A stretch of 64,000 bases of DNA from the NCBI GenBank assembly GCA_046330135.1, contig JAXLTI010000004.1:1174394-1238393 (forward strand), given 5' to 3'. The position numbers were made by a program, and so were the translations under genes. This DNA comes from a bacterium. Lineage in GTDB: Bacteria > ARS69. This document shows, in pieces, positions 26,902 to 36,775 of the stretch (position 1 is the first letter of the stretch; every line of letters starts with the position of its first letter). The notes under the pieces are model-generated. The model was not told the origin of the DNA. It worked only from the letters and a program-made list of their open reading frames with translations, and did not search any database.

Positions 26902-28370
26902 CGCGACGTCGCTTCCCGCGGACGGGTGCCGCCGTGCGGGCGCCCGGCGCGGACGAGGAGGCTTCCGAGGAAGATCGGCACGATGCGCATCGCCCAGGTG
27001 GAGCCCACCTGGAAGAAGGAGCCGCGCGTCACCATGCCCACGAACACCAGCGTGGCGCCGAGGAAGAGCGCGAGGAAGGGATGCCGCCTCTCGCGCTTCG
27101 AGTACGTCCACGCGACGCGTACGAGCGCGCCGAACAGCGCCATGCCCACCACCACGCCCGCGAACTGGAAGTTGAAGTACAGCTCGCCGATCGTCCCGGG
27201 CGGCGCGCCGCCCATCGCCCAGCCGTAGATCTTCTCCGCGAGGATCGAGTCGATGCCCTTCGGCTTTCCCGGCCACAGCCCGCGCGGGACGAAGTTCACG
27301 AAGAAGTGCAGATACGAGCTGCCGAGGAGGAAGGGCAGGCGGTCCGGCGTGTACCAGAGGACGCTCAGCAGGTTGTCCATCATGTCGAAGTTGCGCCCGC
27401 CGAGCACGCCGTCGTAGACCGCGGTGGCGCTCCCCACCGAGATCTCCTTCGCCTCGCTCGCGCGAAAGCCGTGGTGCGTGAGGTTCCGGTACTGGTCGTA
27501 GACCGAGAAGAGGAAGAGACCGGACGCCACGACGATCGCGAGCGTGCGAAGGCGCGGCGGCCGGAGCATCGCGGCGCGCACGACGAGCATCATGAACAGC
27601 ACTTCCATCGCCCAGGCACGGCTGCCGAGCAGCCCGACCGCCACCATCACGGCGAGCGCGTGGATCGCGAGCGAGAAGCGGCGCAGGCGACCGGCGCGCC
27701 CGCGCAGGTGACCCACGTACCGGAAGAGCAGACCCAGCTCCAGGAAGCGGATCCCGAAGAAGTAGAGATGCATGCCGGCCGACAGCTCGCTGCGCAGCTC
27801 CATGTTGGTGGCGAGGAAGATCAGCCCGCCCGCCGCGTGCGCGTACGCGGCGTAGGACGCGGCGCCGATCGTCGTGAAGAGGAGCGAGAGCGCGCGCACG
27901 CGACGCACGGACCAGCGCGAGCGCGGCACCGGGAGGCGCGCGCCGAGGGAGGCGGCCTGCGGCGACGCGTACCCGAGGTAGAACCCGCACACGCCGAGGA
28001 TCACCACGAGGAGCCCGCGCGCGAGGAGATCGAGCGCGGTCGGGCGGTCCACGAGGATGTGATACAGGTTCAGCTTCTCGTGCCACACGAGATGCATCGA
28101 GCGGAGGAAGTACCCGAAGAAGCAGAACGCCGTGAAGATCACGAGCGGGTGGAAGGCCGTCCAGCGTCCCTCGAGAGCGGCCACCACGTGCGGCAGGAAG
28201 AGGAGCAGCCCGAGCACGGCGAGCAGCGGGACCACGGGTCCCGCGTCGGTGCGGGTGGACAGGGCGGCCAGGAGCGCCAGCAACGCGCCCGCGCCGGCGA
28301 CACCGAGGCGGGCGGCGCGCGGGGCGCGCACGTCGCGCGGAGCGGCGAGGGGTGCGGCGGATCCGCTCAT
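26898..28370 (-). CDS. O-antigen/oligosaccharide repeat-unit polymerase (Wzy-like) membrane protein
   Basis: 490 aa with about 11 TM helices and a large periplasmic loop (FRASEAKEISVGSATAVYDGVLGG) typical of Wzy/O-antigen ligase-like proteins. Confidence 0.6.
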   Translation of the reverse strand: MSGSAAPLAAPRDVRAPRAARLGVAGAGALLALLAALSTRTDAGPVVPLLAVLGLLLFLPHVVAALEGRWTAFHPLVIFTAFCFFGYFLRSMHLVWHEKLNLYHILVDRPTALDLLARGLLVVILGVCGFYLGYASPQAASLGARLPVPRSRWSVRRVRALSLLFTTIGAASYAAYAHAAGGLIFLATNMELRSELSAGMHLYFFGIRFLELGLLFRYVGHLRGRAGRLRRFSLAIHALAVMVAVGLLGSRAWAMEVLFMMLVVRAAMLRPPRLRTLAIVVASGLFLFSVYDQYRNLTHHGFRASEAKEISVGSATAVYDGVLGGRNFDMMDNLLSVLWYTPDRLPFLLGSSYLHFFVNFVPRGLWPGKPKGIDSILAEKIYGWAMGGAPPGTIGELYFNFQFAGVVVGMALFGALVRVAWTYSKRERRHPFLALFLGATLVFVGMVTRGSFFQVGSTWAMRIVPIFLGSLLVRAGRPHGGTRPREATSR

Positions 28371-28383
28371 CGCGGCGCCGACG

Positions 28384-29487
28384 TCACTCGGGGCTCAGAC
28401 GCGCGCGGGGGCGTCGGCGGAAGAGGCGGCGGACGTCGCCCGCGAGCGGCGCCACGGCGTCGGCGAGGTCGGGCGAGGTGCGGAGCGCGGCGCGGAGCAG
28501 CACCCACGTCGTCGAGGCGAACGCGGCCAGGAGCAGAGCGGCCGCCACCATGAGCACGCGCATCGGCCGGCTCGGACGGATCGGCGGCACGGCCGTGTCC
28601 AGGACCTTGATCACCGGCGTGTTCTTCACTTCCTCGATCTCCGCGATCTCCTTCTGCTTCTGCAGCTCCAGGAAGACCTGCTCCTGGATCATGACGTCGC
28701 GCTGCAGGCGCGCTTCCTCGGTCTGCAGCTCCGGCGAGCTGCCGATCTGCCGGTTCGCCTGCCGGAACTTCGTCAGGCGGTCCTCGGCGGCGCTCAGCTC
28801 GTGCGAGACGTCGCCGAGACGGCCGTCGATGAACGTGCGGTTCTTGCGCCCTTCGTCCTGACGCAGCGCGATCAGGTAGGCCTCGAGCGATCCCACCAGC
28901 GCGTTCGCCACGTCGGCGGAGAGGTGCGGGTTCTTGGTGGTGACGTCGAGGGAGACGATGCCGGTCTCCTCGTCCTTCGCCGCGGTCACGACGTTCCTCT
29001 CGAGCGTGCGGATCGCCTTCATGCGCGTCTTGTGGGAGTCGCGGTCGTGCGGGCGGAGGATCGCCAGGAACGGCTTCGGCGGAGCGCCTTCCTCTTCGGA
29101 GAACGGCTTGTCGAGGAGGCCGCTGAGGAGGCGCTCGCTCGTCAGGATCGAAGGGTAGAGATCGGATTGGCTCGCCGGGCCGAACGGGAACTGCAAGCCC
29201 ATGGACGAGGCGAGGCCGCTGAGCTGCGACGGCAAGGCGCTGGCTTCGTCGTCGGTGGGGAGGAGAACGGCATGCGCCGTCCACTCGCGTGGGAGGAGGA
29301 AGGCGAGGAGCACGGTGGCGACGGTCGCGCCGGCGGTGAAGAGCGCGATCCGGCCCCGCGCCTGCACGAGCGCGCGCACGTAGCCGCTGAGCTCCCCGGG
29401 CGCCGCGGACGTCGCGTGGTGCGCGGCGGCCCCCCCCCGCGGGGCGGTCGTCTCCTCGGACAGATCCTCTCGAACGAGCGTATCCAT
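28384..29487 (-). CDS. polysaccharide chain-length determinant (Wzz/PCP-like) protein
   Basis: An N-terminal TM helix, a periplasmic coiled-coil region (LEAYLIALRQDEGRKNRTFIDGRL...QTEEARLQRDVMIQEQVFLELQKQKEIAEIE) and a C-terminal TM helix give the Wzz topology. Confidence 0.65.
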   Translation of the reverse strand: MDTLVREDLSEETTAPRGGAAAHHATSAAPGELSGYVRALVQARGRIALFTAGATVATVLLAFLLPREWTAHAVLLPTDDEASALPSQLSGLASSMGLQFPFGPASQSDLYPSILTSERLLSGLLDKPFSEEEGAPPKPFLAILRPHDRDSHKTRMKAIRTLERNVVTAAKDEETGIVSLDVTTKNPHLSADVANALVGSLEAYLIALRQDEGRKNRTFIDGRLGDVSHELSAAEDRLTKFRQANRQIGSSPELQTEEARLQRDVMIQEQVFLELQKQKEIAEIEEVKNTPVIKVLDTAVPPIRPSRPMRVLMVAAALLLAAFASTTWVLLRAALRTSPDLADAVAPLAGDVRRLFRRRPRARLSPE

Positions 29488-29649
29488 GCGAATCCCGTCC
29501 CCGGGCTCGAGGGAGGCCTCGATCCTCTTTTCGTGAGGAATTCGATGGATCCTTAGGTTTTTCTGGCAGAGGGCGACCGTGGCGTTTCCGGACGCACCCG
29601 AAGAGCCGCCCGGCCGCTGCAGGGGCGTGGCGGCCGCCCCGGAGCCTGG

Positions 29650-30036
29650 CTAGATCTCGTCGTGCTCGTCGAAGGAGTGTCCGGGAATCCGCCGGCGGCC
29701 CGCGAAGCCTGCTTCCCGCGCGTGGTACCACTCCACGTGGGGCTCGTCGCTTCGCCAGCACAGCAGCACCTCGCGACCGTCGATCTTCGCGGGGAAGTCC
29801 ACCAGGCCGACCTCGAAGTCCCAGTCCTTGTACGTGGCCCCGAGGTCTTCGAGCTCCTGCATGAGGTCCAGGATGTCCTGGCGGATCTGCTCGAGCGCCT
29901 CGTCCTCGTCGGGCTCCTTCGAGAGCGCCGTGCGGCCCCTCAGCTCGCGAGCCTTCTCCAGGATGTCGGCGACGATGCTGCGCACCAGCGGCAGAGTCCG
30001 GTTGGCCTCCGCCGGGGTGAAGAGCTTGGCGGTCAT
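29650..30036 (-). CDS. DUF2203-family protein
   Basis: MTAKLFTPAEANRTLPLVRSIVADI matches the DUF2203 N-terminal pattern. An alternative start lies 10 codons upstream (30066). Confidence 0.5.
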   Translation of the reverse strand: MTAKLFTPAEANRTLPLVRSIVADILEKARELRGRTALSKEPDEDEALEQIRQDILDLMQELEDLGATYKDWDFEVGLVDFPAKIDGREVLLCWRSDEPHVEWYHAREAGFAGRRRIPGHSFDEHDEI

Positions 30037-30278
30037 GACCCCTTTGGGAGATCGGGAAGTGTTCATGGCGTCTCCATGGTAGGGCGCGAGAGGCTGTTCG
30101 GGGAGGGCCAGGTGCGACGTCTCGTACGCTCTCGCCGGCTTCGCGTCAAGGAGCGGGAAAGCCGGGAGCGTCCGGATTCGGACCCTGCCCGCCCGGGCGG
30201 TGGACGCGCCCACGACCAAGACTCCGGAGGCGGGAGGGAGAGGCAGATTCCTCGCCCCGGAGGCGACCCCGGGGCGTC

Positions 30279-31511
30279 TCAGCCCGCGATCCGGATCTCC
30301 TCCGGGCCGGCGGTGAGGTCCCGGCCGCCCTGTTCCGTCACCACGTAGGTGTTCTCGACTCCCACCGCCCCCGGGTCTCCGAAGAAGATCTTCGGCTCCA
30401 CCGCGAGCACGTTTCCAGCCTCCAGCGGTGTTTCGAAGCCGGAGGCCAGAACCGGAAGCTCGTCGAGGTCGAGGCCGACGCCGTGCCCCACAAATTGGAC
30501 GCGATTCTCCCCGAAGCCCATGAACCGGTCCGCCCACGGGCTCCTCGCCGCCTTCGCGGTGGCGGCGGCCCAGATCGCCGCAGGGATTGCTCCCGGGCGG
30601 AGCAACGCCTTGATGTCCGAGAGGATCTCGCGACACAGCTCGTGCGCGTCGCGCGCCTCCTTCGAGGGCTCGCCCACGCAGTAGACCCGCGCGCGGTCGG
30701 CGAGGTACCCGCCCGCTCCGCCCACGTAGTCCACGAGGATGGTGGCGCCCTTCTCGAGCACCCGCTCGCCGCCGCCCTGCTGCACCGCGGGATAGAGGCC
30801 CTCGAGGCCGTCCGGCCCGTCGAAGTAGCAGGGATAGGACGCGGACGCCCCGGCGGAGACCGTGCCGAGGTGCATCTCCAGATTCCAGCGACGCACGCGC
30901 ACGACGCCCTGATGCCGAAGCCGGCGCATCTCGCCCTCCACGAAGGCGGACAGCTCGATCTCCGAGACGCCGGCGGCGAGGCGCCGCGGGAGGAGGACGT
31001 CCATCGCCTCCCCCACGATCCGCCCCGCTTTCTCGATCCACTCGATCTCGTAGGCCGACTTCACCGCGCGCACCTCGCGGATCGCGCGGGAGACGTCGCG
31101 GAAGTCCACGCTCGGGAACGCGCGACGCAGGCGCTCGAAGGTCGCCACCGGCACGACGTCCAGCTCGAGGCCCACCGCGCCGGACACCGTGACGCCGAGC
31201 GCCGCGAGCGCGCCGGGCAGGTCCGCCGGGCGCCGCGCGGGGCAGCATGGCAGGGGAGACTCCGCGGCCGCGCGCTCCACGCTCATGCGGATCGGCAGCA
31301 CCGCCCGCCCCTCCGCCGTCACGAAGGGCCAGCCCTCGCCGAGCGTCCCGGAGATCCAGAAGAGGCTCGAGGGGTGGAGGAGGAAGGCGCCGTCGAGCTT
31401 GTCCTGTCGAAGGCGCGCGGCGAAGCGCTCGGCGCGCGCGGCCAGCTCCGCCGGGGGAACGAGCGGCAGCGGGGAAGGGACGAGAGAGGTCGATGCCGGA
31501 GAGGTGCGCAA
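30279..31511 (-). CDS. M24-family metallopeptidase (Xaa-Pro aminopeptidase-like)
   Basis: Creatinase N-terminal domain plus a pita-bread fold with metal ligands (VDYVGGAGGYLADRAR, VGHGVGLDLDE, EPKIFF). Confidence 0.7.
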   Translation of the reverse strand: MRTSPASTSLVPSPLPLVPPAELAARAERFAARLRQDKLDGAFLLHPSSLFWISGTLGEGWPFVTAEGRAVLPIRMSVERAAAESPLPCCPARRPADLPGALAALGVTVSGAVGLELDVVPVATFERLRRAFPSVDFRDVSRAIREVRAVKSAYEIEWIEKAGRIVGEAMDVLLPRRLAAGVSEIELSAFVEGEMRRLRHQGVVRVRRWNLEMHLGTVSAGASASYPCYFDGPDGLEGLYPAVQQGGGERVLEKGATILVDYVGGAGGYLADRARVYCVGEPSKEARDAHELCREILSDIKALLRPGAIPAAIWAAATAKAARSPWADRFMGFGENRVQFVGHGVGLDLDELPVLASGFETPLEAGNVLAVEPKIFFGDPGAVGVENTYVVTEQGGRDLTAGPEEIRIAG

Positions 31512-31667
31512 GGGTCTGTCCCGAGAGTGGGGATTCAGCGGCGATTCTACCCGGCTTTCCTCAAGAGAGGACCGCTCTTAGCCGATGGCGATGAAGACTG
31601 TCGCGACCCCACCTCGCCCGAGACCGTCCGCGTCGCGATTTCGGCCCCCCTGGCCACGGATGTGGGA

Positions 31668-32615
31668 ATGAAGAACCTCCGAGAGATCATCCTCCGGCAC
31701 TTCGAGCCGTTGCTGGTCGCCTCGATCTTCGGCGGCCTGCTGGTGATGAACTTCTTCGTGGTCTATAAGGCCTCGTTCCTCAACTTCTACTACGTGCCCA
31801 CGCTCGTGGCCGGCCTCGTGGTGGGCATGCGCATGTCCCTCCTGGTGGCGTGCCTTTCCGTCTCGTCCGTCTCCCTGCTCACGATCCTGATGCCGCAGCG
31901 CTTCGCGCTCGGCGAGACCCGCCTCGAGACGTGGCTCACGCTGGCGCTCTGGGGCGGCTTCCTGATCTTGACGAGCTGGGTGGTCGGTGTGCTTCACGGC
32001 CGGAACGCCGAGAAGGTCCGCTCCCTGCGCCAGGCGTACATGGGCACGCTGGAGATCCTGACGAAGTACCTCGAGGCGAGCGATCCCAGCGCGTTCGGTC
32101 ACAGCACGCGCGTGTCCCGGCTGGCCGCGGAGCTGGCCACGGTGATGGGGCTCTCTCCGGGTCGGATCGAGAATTGCCGCGTGGCGGGCTTGCTCCACGA
32201 GGTCGGCAAGATCGACCTGACGGAAGACCTGGGTCGCGTGCTCAGCGAGGAGAGCGGCGGCGAAGAGACGTCGCCGGCCAAACGGCCCGCGGTCCGCAGC
32301 GCTCGCCTGATCGACTCGGTCGGCGGGATCCTGCACGACATCGTCCCGATCATCGAGTACCACGAGGATCCGTACATCCAGGACGGACGCGTCAACGTGG
32401 ACGTTCCGCTGGAGGCCCAGATCCTCGCCGTGGCCAACGGCTACGACGAAGCGGTTCGCAGTCGCCCGCGCCGCCGGGGCCTGCCGCGGGAGAAGGCGCT
32501 CGCCGAGCTCGAGAAGTGGTCCGGCGGCAACTACGCCCCGGACGTCGTCACCGCTTTCAAGCTCATCCCCCCCGCGATCGTCGAGCGGATCGAGACGGAA
32601 GCCGTCGGCTCCTGA
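31668..32615 (+). CDS. HD-domain membrane protein (HD-GYP-like phosphohydrolase, degenerate GYP)
   Basis: Four N-terminal TM helices. HD motif HSTRVSRLAAELA...GLLHEVGKI. The HHE..DG.GYP signature is degenerate (YHEDPYIQDGRV). Confidence 0.65.
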   Translation: MKNLREIILRHFEPLLVASIFGGLLVMNFFVVYKASFLNFYYVPTLVAGLVVGMRMSLLVACLSVSSVSLLTILMPQRFALGETRLETWLTLALWGGFLILTSWVVGVLHGRNAEKVRSLRQAYMGTLEILTKYLEASDPSAFGHSTRVSRLAAELATVMGLSPGRIENCRVAGLLHEVGKIDLTEDLGRVLSEESGGEETSPAKRPAVRSARLIDSVGGILHDIVPIIEYHEDPYIQDGRVNVDVPLEAQILAVANGYDEAVRSRPRRRGLPREKALAELEKWSGGNYAPDVVTAFKLIPPAIVERIETEAVGS

Positions 32616-32690
32616 GTCCGTGAAATCGCGAGGTGCTGGGGCCGGCCCGCCCTGAGTTCGGGCCTGGCCGCCCGATCCGCTGCCGGATTC

Positions 32691-33860
32691 TCAGGTTCGC
32701 GCGGCCAACTCGCGAAGCTTCCTCACCGCACGCACCACGTCGGTCGCCGCTTCGTCGATCTCTTCGGGGGTCGTGAAGCGGTGCAGCCCGAAGCGGATCG
32801 ACGACTGCGCGCGCGCCTGCCCCAGCCCGAGCGCCGTGATCACGTGACTCGGCTCGGGGCTCGCCGACGAGCACGCGGCCCCCGTGGACACCGCGACGTT
32901 CGGGATCTCGTGCAGGAGATCCTCGGCCTCCACGCCGGTGAAGGAGACGTTGAGGTTGTTCGGCAGGCGAAGGGTCGGGTGCCCGTTGAGCTGGATGTCC
33001 GGGAGCCCCTCGCGCAAGGCGCTCCAGAGACGGTCACGCAGAGCGCAGACGCGGGCGGTCTCGGCTTCCCGCTCCGCCGCCGCGATCGCGAGAGCTTCGC
33101 CCATGCCCACCACTCCCGGCACGTTCAGCGTCCCGGAGCGGAGCCCGCGCTCGTGTCCGCCGCCGTGGAGGATGGGCGCGAGGCGCACGGTGGGCCGCCG
33201 GCGGCGCACCCACAAGGCGCCGACGCCCTTCGGGCCGTAGACCTTGTGACCGGACATGGAGAGAAGGTCGACGCCGTCGCGCTCCACGTTCACGTCCACG
33301 CGGCCGAGCGCCTGCGCGGCGTCCGTGTGGAAGAGCGCGGCGCCGCGCTCGTGCACGATCCGCGCGATCGCTGCGATCGGATGCAGCGTGCCGACCTCGT
33401 TGTTCGCGGTCATGATCGTGACGAGGATCGTGCGATCCGTGAGCGTGGCCGCGAGCGCGTCGAGGTCCAGGAGTCCGGTGGAGTCCACGGGGAGGACGGT
33501 GACGCGGAAGCCGATGCGCTCGAGATGGCGGCACGGGTCCAGTACCGCCGAATGCTCCGTGGTGCACGTCACCACGTGGTCGCCCTTCTCGCGGTAAGCC
33601 TCCGCCGCGCCGAGGATCGCCAGGTTGTTCGCCTCGGTCGCCCCGGACGTCCACACGATCTCCTTCGCCGACCCGCCGATCGCCGCGGCCGCCTGGGCGC
33701 GCGCCTGCTCCACCGCATCCTCGGCCACCCAGCCATACGCGTGCGTGCGGCTCGCGGCATTCCCGAAGGACTCGGCGAAGTACGGCAGCATCGCTTCCAG
33801 CACGCGCGGGTCCACCGGCGTGGTGGCGTGGGCGTCCAGGTAGATGGGGCGGTCTCGCAC
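32691..33860 (-). CDS. cysteine desulfurase (IscS/NifS family)
   Basis: GTG start at 33860 (the table ORF begins 21 codons upstream). PLP-lysine motif SMSGHKVYGPKGVGAL and the catalytic Cys loop STGAACSS. Confidence 0.8.
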   Translation of the reverse strand: MRDRPIYLDAHATTPVDPRVLEAMLPYFAESFGNAASRTHAYGWVAEDAVEQARAQAAAAIGGSAKEIVWTSGATEANNLAILGAAEAYREKGDHVVTCTTEHSAVLDPCRHLERIGFRVTVLPVDSTGLLDLDALAATLTDRTILVTIMTANNEVGTLHPIAAIARIVHERGAALFHTDAAQALGRVDVNVERDGVDLLSMSGHKVYGPKGVGALWVRRRRPTVRLAPILHGGGHERGLRSGTLNVPGVVGMGEALAIAAAEREAETARVCALRDRLWSALREGLPDIQLNGHPTLRLPNNLNVSFTGVEAEDLLHEIPNVAVSTGAACSSASPEPSHVITALGLGQARAQSSIRFGLHRFTTPEEIDEAATDVVRAVRKLRELAART

Positions 33861-34389
33861 GCAAGCTCCTCGGGAGGCGGGCTCCCATGATGCCGCGGAT
33901 CGCCCTCGGCGGCCACTCGGCACACCGTTGTGCGAATGAGCCCCCGATGGAGGGGCCCCTCTTCGCAGTCCACCCGAAAGCGGGGCAGCGGGTGAACACC
34001 GCGTGGCCCGGCGGTGCGATGGCGACCGCTAACCACCGGCCGCCCGCGCCGCTGCGAGGCCTGTGCTCCTTCCGGCCTCGCGAGCCGCCCCGATGGCCGG
34101 AAATGACCCAGCCCCCGCACCCCTTCCGGCGCGGCGATTGCTTTATCTCAGCGCGGCCCGAGCGCCTCCCGATGATTCTGCTGGGCGCCCGGGCCGAGCG
34201 CCCCCACCGAGCGAGCAAGATGCGAGACGCGTTCTGCGAAACGGCCGAATGTCAGTCGGTGACAGATGCGAATGGTGCGCAGGACGCGGCGGGTGTCTAC
34301 TTCGCGCGGGCTCGAAGCGGGTTGCGAGAGCTGCACCGTCGAACACGTGCTCGTGCCGCTCTCCCAATCCGCTGGGAAGGAGACGCGCG

Positions 34390-36525
34390 ATGCGCACGAT
34401 GAACTGGTGCTCGATTCTGCTGCCGCTCGTGACCGCAACGGCCTTCAGCGCTGGCTCAGCGCAGGCGGCTGAGCTCGATCCTCCCGCGATGGAGCGCACC
34501 TGGCCGGTGGTCCCGGTGGATCCGTCGGGGCACGTGAACCTCGCGGCGATCGTCGTGACCACGGAAGACGACGTCGTGGCGTTCGACGACGTCAGCCACA
34601 AGCTCCTCAAACTGACCTCGTCCGGAACGCTTCTCGACACGTGGGCCGTTCCGGAGTCACTCGAGGTCCAGAAGCTCGACACGGGCCCGCAGGGCTCGGT
34701 GTACGTGGGTTGCTCGGGCCGCATCCTCGTGTTCGACCACGACGGCGGGATTCTCTCCGACCGCGCGATGCGCTGGAGGGACTTCGCGGTGGGCGGTGCA
34801 GGCGAGATCTACCGCATCGATCCGGATCTGCGGGACGTCATCGTGGTCTCGACGCGCGACGGCACCTTCCTGCGCGAGTGGGATCTTCCCCTCAACCCAT
34901 GGGGTCTGCCCTACCGCCCTCTCGCGATCGCCGCAGACCCCGACGGGGTGATCGCGTTCTGCGACACGATGGATGGGCCGCACTGCGTCGTGTCGTGGAC
35001 TTTCTCCGGCGTGCTGCGCGACTCCAGGACCGTGCCTCTCGATGAGTGGCACTCGTTGACGTCCGGTCGCGCCGGGACTCTGTACTTCTTCGAGAACGCC
35101 ACACCGTCCTTGGAGGCCATGGATGGTTCCCTGATCCATCTGGCGTGGTGGTCGGACCTGTTCGAATTACCGTGGGACTACTACGTCAGTCCCTCGGGGG
35201 ACTCCGGCGGGCGCACCTACCTCGCGGAGACCCTCGACGATCTCACCGGAGCCCGAGTCCTGGTCTTCGCGCCCATCGGCCCCGGGGCAATCCTCGAGGC
35301 GGACCACCCGGGCGCCCCCTACTGGGTCGACGGCGTCCAATACCTGGGGAATCACCGCTTCGATTGGACGCCGGGGACCGTCCACACCGTGACGGCCGCG
35401 CCTGAGTTCGAGACCTCGCCGGGGACGCGCGAATCCTTCCTTTCGTGGTCCGACGGCGGCGATGCGCAACACGACGTCACCGTGCCCTCGCACGCGTTCG
35501 GTCTGCGTGGCCTCTTCCGCACCGAACGTCTCGTCTCCACCGTCGTGGACTCCGGCGGCACGGCGACGGCGAGCGCCTGGGTCGCCGACAGCACCCAGGT
35601 GACGCTCTCCGCGCACGAAGCGCCCGGCTACCGATTCGTGAAGTGGGGAAACCCGGACTCCGTCGGTTGGAAGCCGGGCGACGTGCTCACGCCGGAGTGG
35701 ACGCACACGGTGACTCATCCGGAATCATGGGAGGCGTGCTTCGTCCGGCAGGGACTCGTGCTTTCGATCAGCGCGAGCGCCACGGATCCGAGCGCGAACA
35801 CCGCCGCGCCCGCGATGGGCCCGCGCCAGCTCTACTTGTGGGCGAAGTGCTTGGACCACGGAATCTCCGCGCTCGAAGCCGACGTGACGGGCTCGCTGCA
35901 GGCGGGTGGGTTCATCCCGGCGAACGGCGTGCTGAACCTTGGCGAAGGACCGAATCTCCTCTGCGCGATCCCCGGCTGCCCGATCGGGGCGGAAGTGAAC
36001 CACCTGCTGGGATCGTGGTGGGTGGCCGATGTCGGCGGCGACTTCTGTCTCACGCGGTCGGCGGCGAACGGCGTGCTGGTCGTGGTGGAATGCCCGTCTC
36101 AGTTCCCGCAAACGTTCACGCCGACGATCGTGGGGTTCTCGTCGATCGGGGATCCCTGCGTGACCGGTCCGCTCTGCGGTGCGGATCCCGACTCGCTGCC
36201 GTTGGATCCGAACGACGTCCCGGTGGTCGCGTTGTCGTCGGTGCCGAGCGTTCTCATGCTCTCCTCGCGCGGGAACCCCTTCCGAGGTTCGATCGAGCTG
36301 GCGCTGGATCTTCCGACGAACGCGCGTGCGGAGCTTCGCATCTTCGACGTGGCCGGGCGACTCGTACGCACCCTCCTTGCGGACAACGTGACCGCGGGCC
36401 GGCGCGCGATCTCGTGGGACGGCCGCGACGCGAGCGGCGCGGTGACGCCTTCGGGAATCTACTTCGCGCGCCTCGACGCGGCGGGCGAGCGCCGGACGCT
36501 GAAGCTGGTGAGGGTGTCTCGGTGA
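34390..36525 (+). CDS. secreted protein with an NHL/beta-propeller-like N-terminal region, an internal copy of the DPHxNTGG domain and a C-terminal FlgD-Ig/T9SS-type domain
   Basis: ATG at 34390 with GGAAGGAG RBS and a signal peptide. The internal segment DPSANTAAPAMGPRQLYLWAKC...GPNLLCAIPGCPIGAEVN...GVLVVVEC aligns with the domain in 4230 and 57239. C-terminus NPFRGSIELALDL...IFDVAGRLVRTL...WDGRDASGAVTPSGIYFARL. Confidence 0.6.
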   Translation: MRTMNWCSILLPLVTATAFSAGSAQAAELDPPAMERTWPVVPVDPSGHVNLAAIVVTTEDDVVAFDDVSHKLLKLTSSGTLLDTWAVPESLEVQKLDTGPQGSVYVGCSGRILVFDHDGGILSDRAMRWRDFAVGGAGEIYRIDPDLRDVIVVSTRDGTFLREWDLPLNPWGLPYRPLAIAADPDGVIAFCDTMDGPHCVVSWTFSGVLRDSRTVPLDEWHSLTSGRAGTLYFFENATPSLEAMDGSLIHLAWWSDLFELPWDYYVSPSGDSGGRTYLAETLDDLTGARVLVFAPIGPGAILEADHPGAPYWVDGVQYLGNHRFDWTPGTVHTVTAAPEFETSPGTRESFLSWSDGGDAQHDVTVPSHAFGLRGLFRTERLVSTVVDSGGTATASAWVADSTQVTLSAHEAPGYRFVKWGNPDSVGWKPGDVLTPEWTHTVTHPESWEACFVRQGLVLSISASATDPSANTAAPAMGPRQLYLWAKCLDHGISALEADVTGSLQAGGFIPANGVLNLGEGPNLLCAIPGCPIGAEVNHLLGSWWVADVGGDFCLTRSAANGVLVVVECPSQFPQTFTPTIVGFSSIGDPCVTGPLCGADPDSLPLDPNDVPVVALSSVPSVLMLSSRGNPFRGSIELALDLPTNARAELRIFDVAGRLVRTLLADNVTAGRRAISWDGRDASGAVTPSGIYFARLDAAGERRTLKLVRVSR

Positions 36526-36683
36526 GGAGGCGCGCGGAGGAGGCACGATCATGAGCTCTCGATTCAGCGGCGCGCTCTTCGGCTTCGCTGCCCTGGCGGC
36601 GCTCGCGCCCGCCGCCGCATCGTCGACCGAGCCCTTGCAAGCTGGGGACCGTGTCCCGGTGACGGCTGGATGCCGCGCCTGGC

Positions 36684-36766
36684 CATTATCGGGTATAACT
36701 CATATAAATAACCTATAGAGGCATTGACTTGACGCCCTCCTCAGGTTATTCATAGCTGAAATAGCC
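36684..36766 (+). promoter_or_regulatory. AT-rich promoter island with an 8-bp inverted repeat flanking a TTGACT box
   Basis: ccattatcgggtataactcatataaataacctatagaggcattgacttgacgccctcctcaggttattcatagctgaaatagcc. AATAACCT (36707) and AGGTTATT (36743) are exact reverse complements. TTGACT (36724) has a TATTCA-like -10 about 17 nt downstream. The local GC content is far below the window average. Confidence 0.45.
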
Positions 36767-36775
36767 GGAGGGGTT

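Noticed and set aside
33887-34402. 171-aa plus ORF in the 530-bp gap between the cysteine desulfurase and the 34390 secreted protein
   Set aside because: It is Pro/Arg-rich with no signal peptide, motifs or RBS. It overlaps the promoter and RBS region of the 34390 gene, so it is more likely a non-coding leader.
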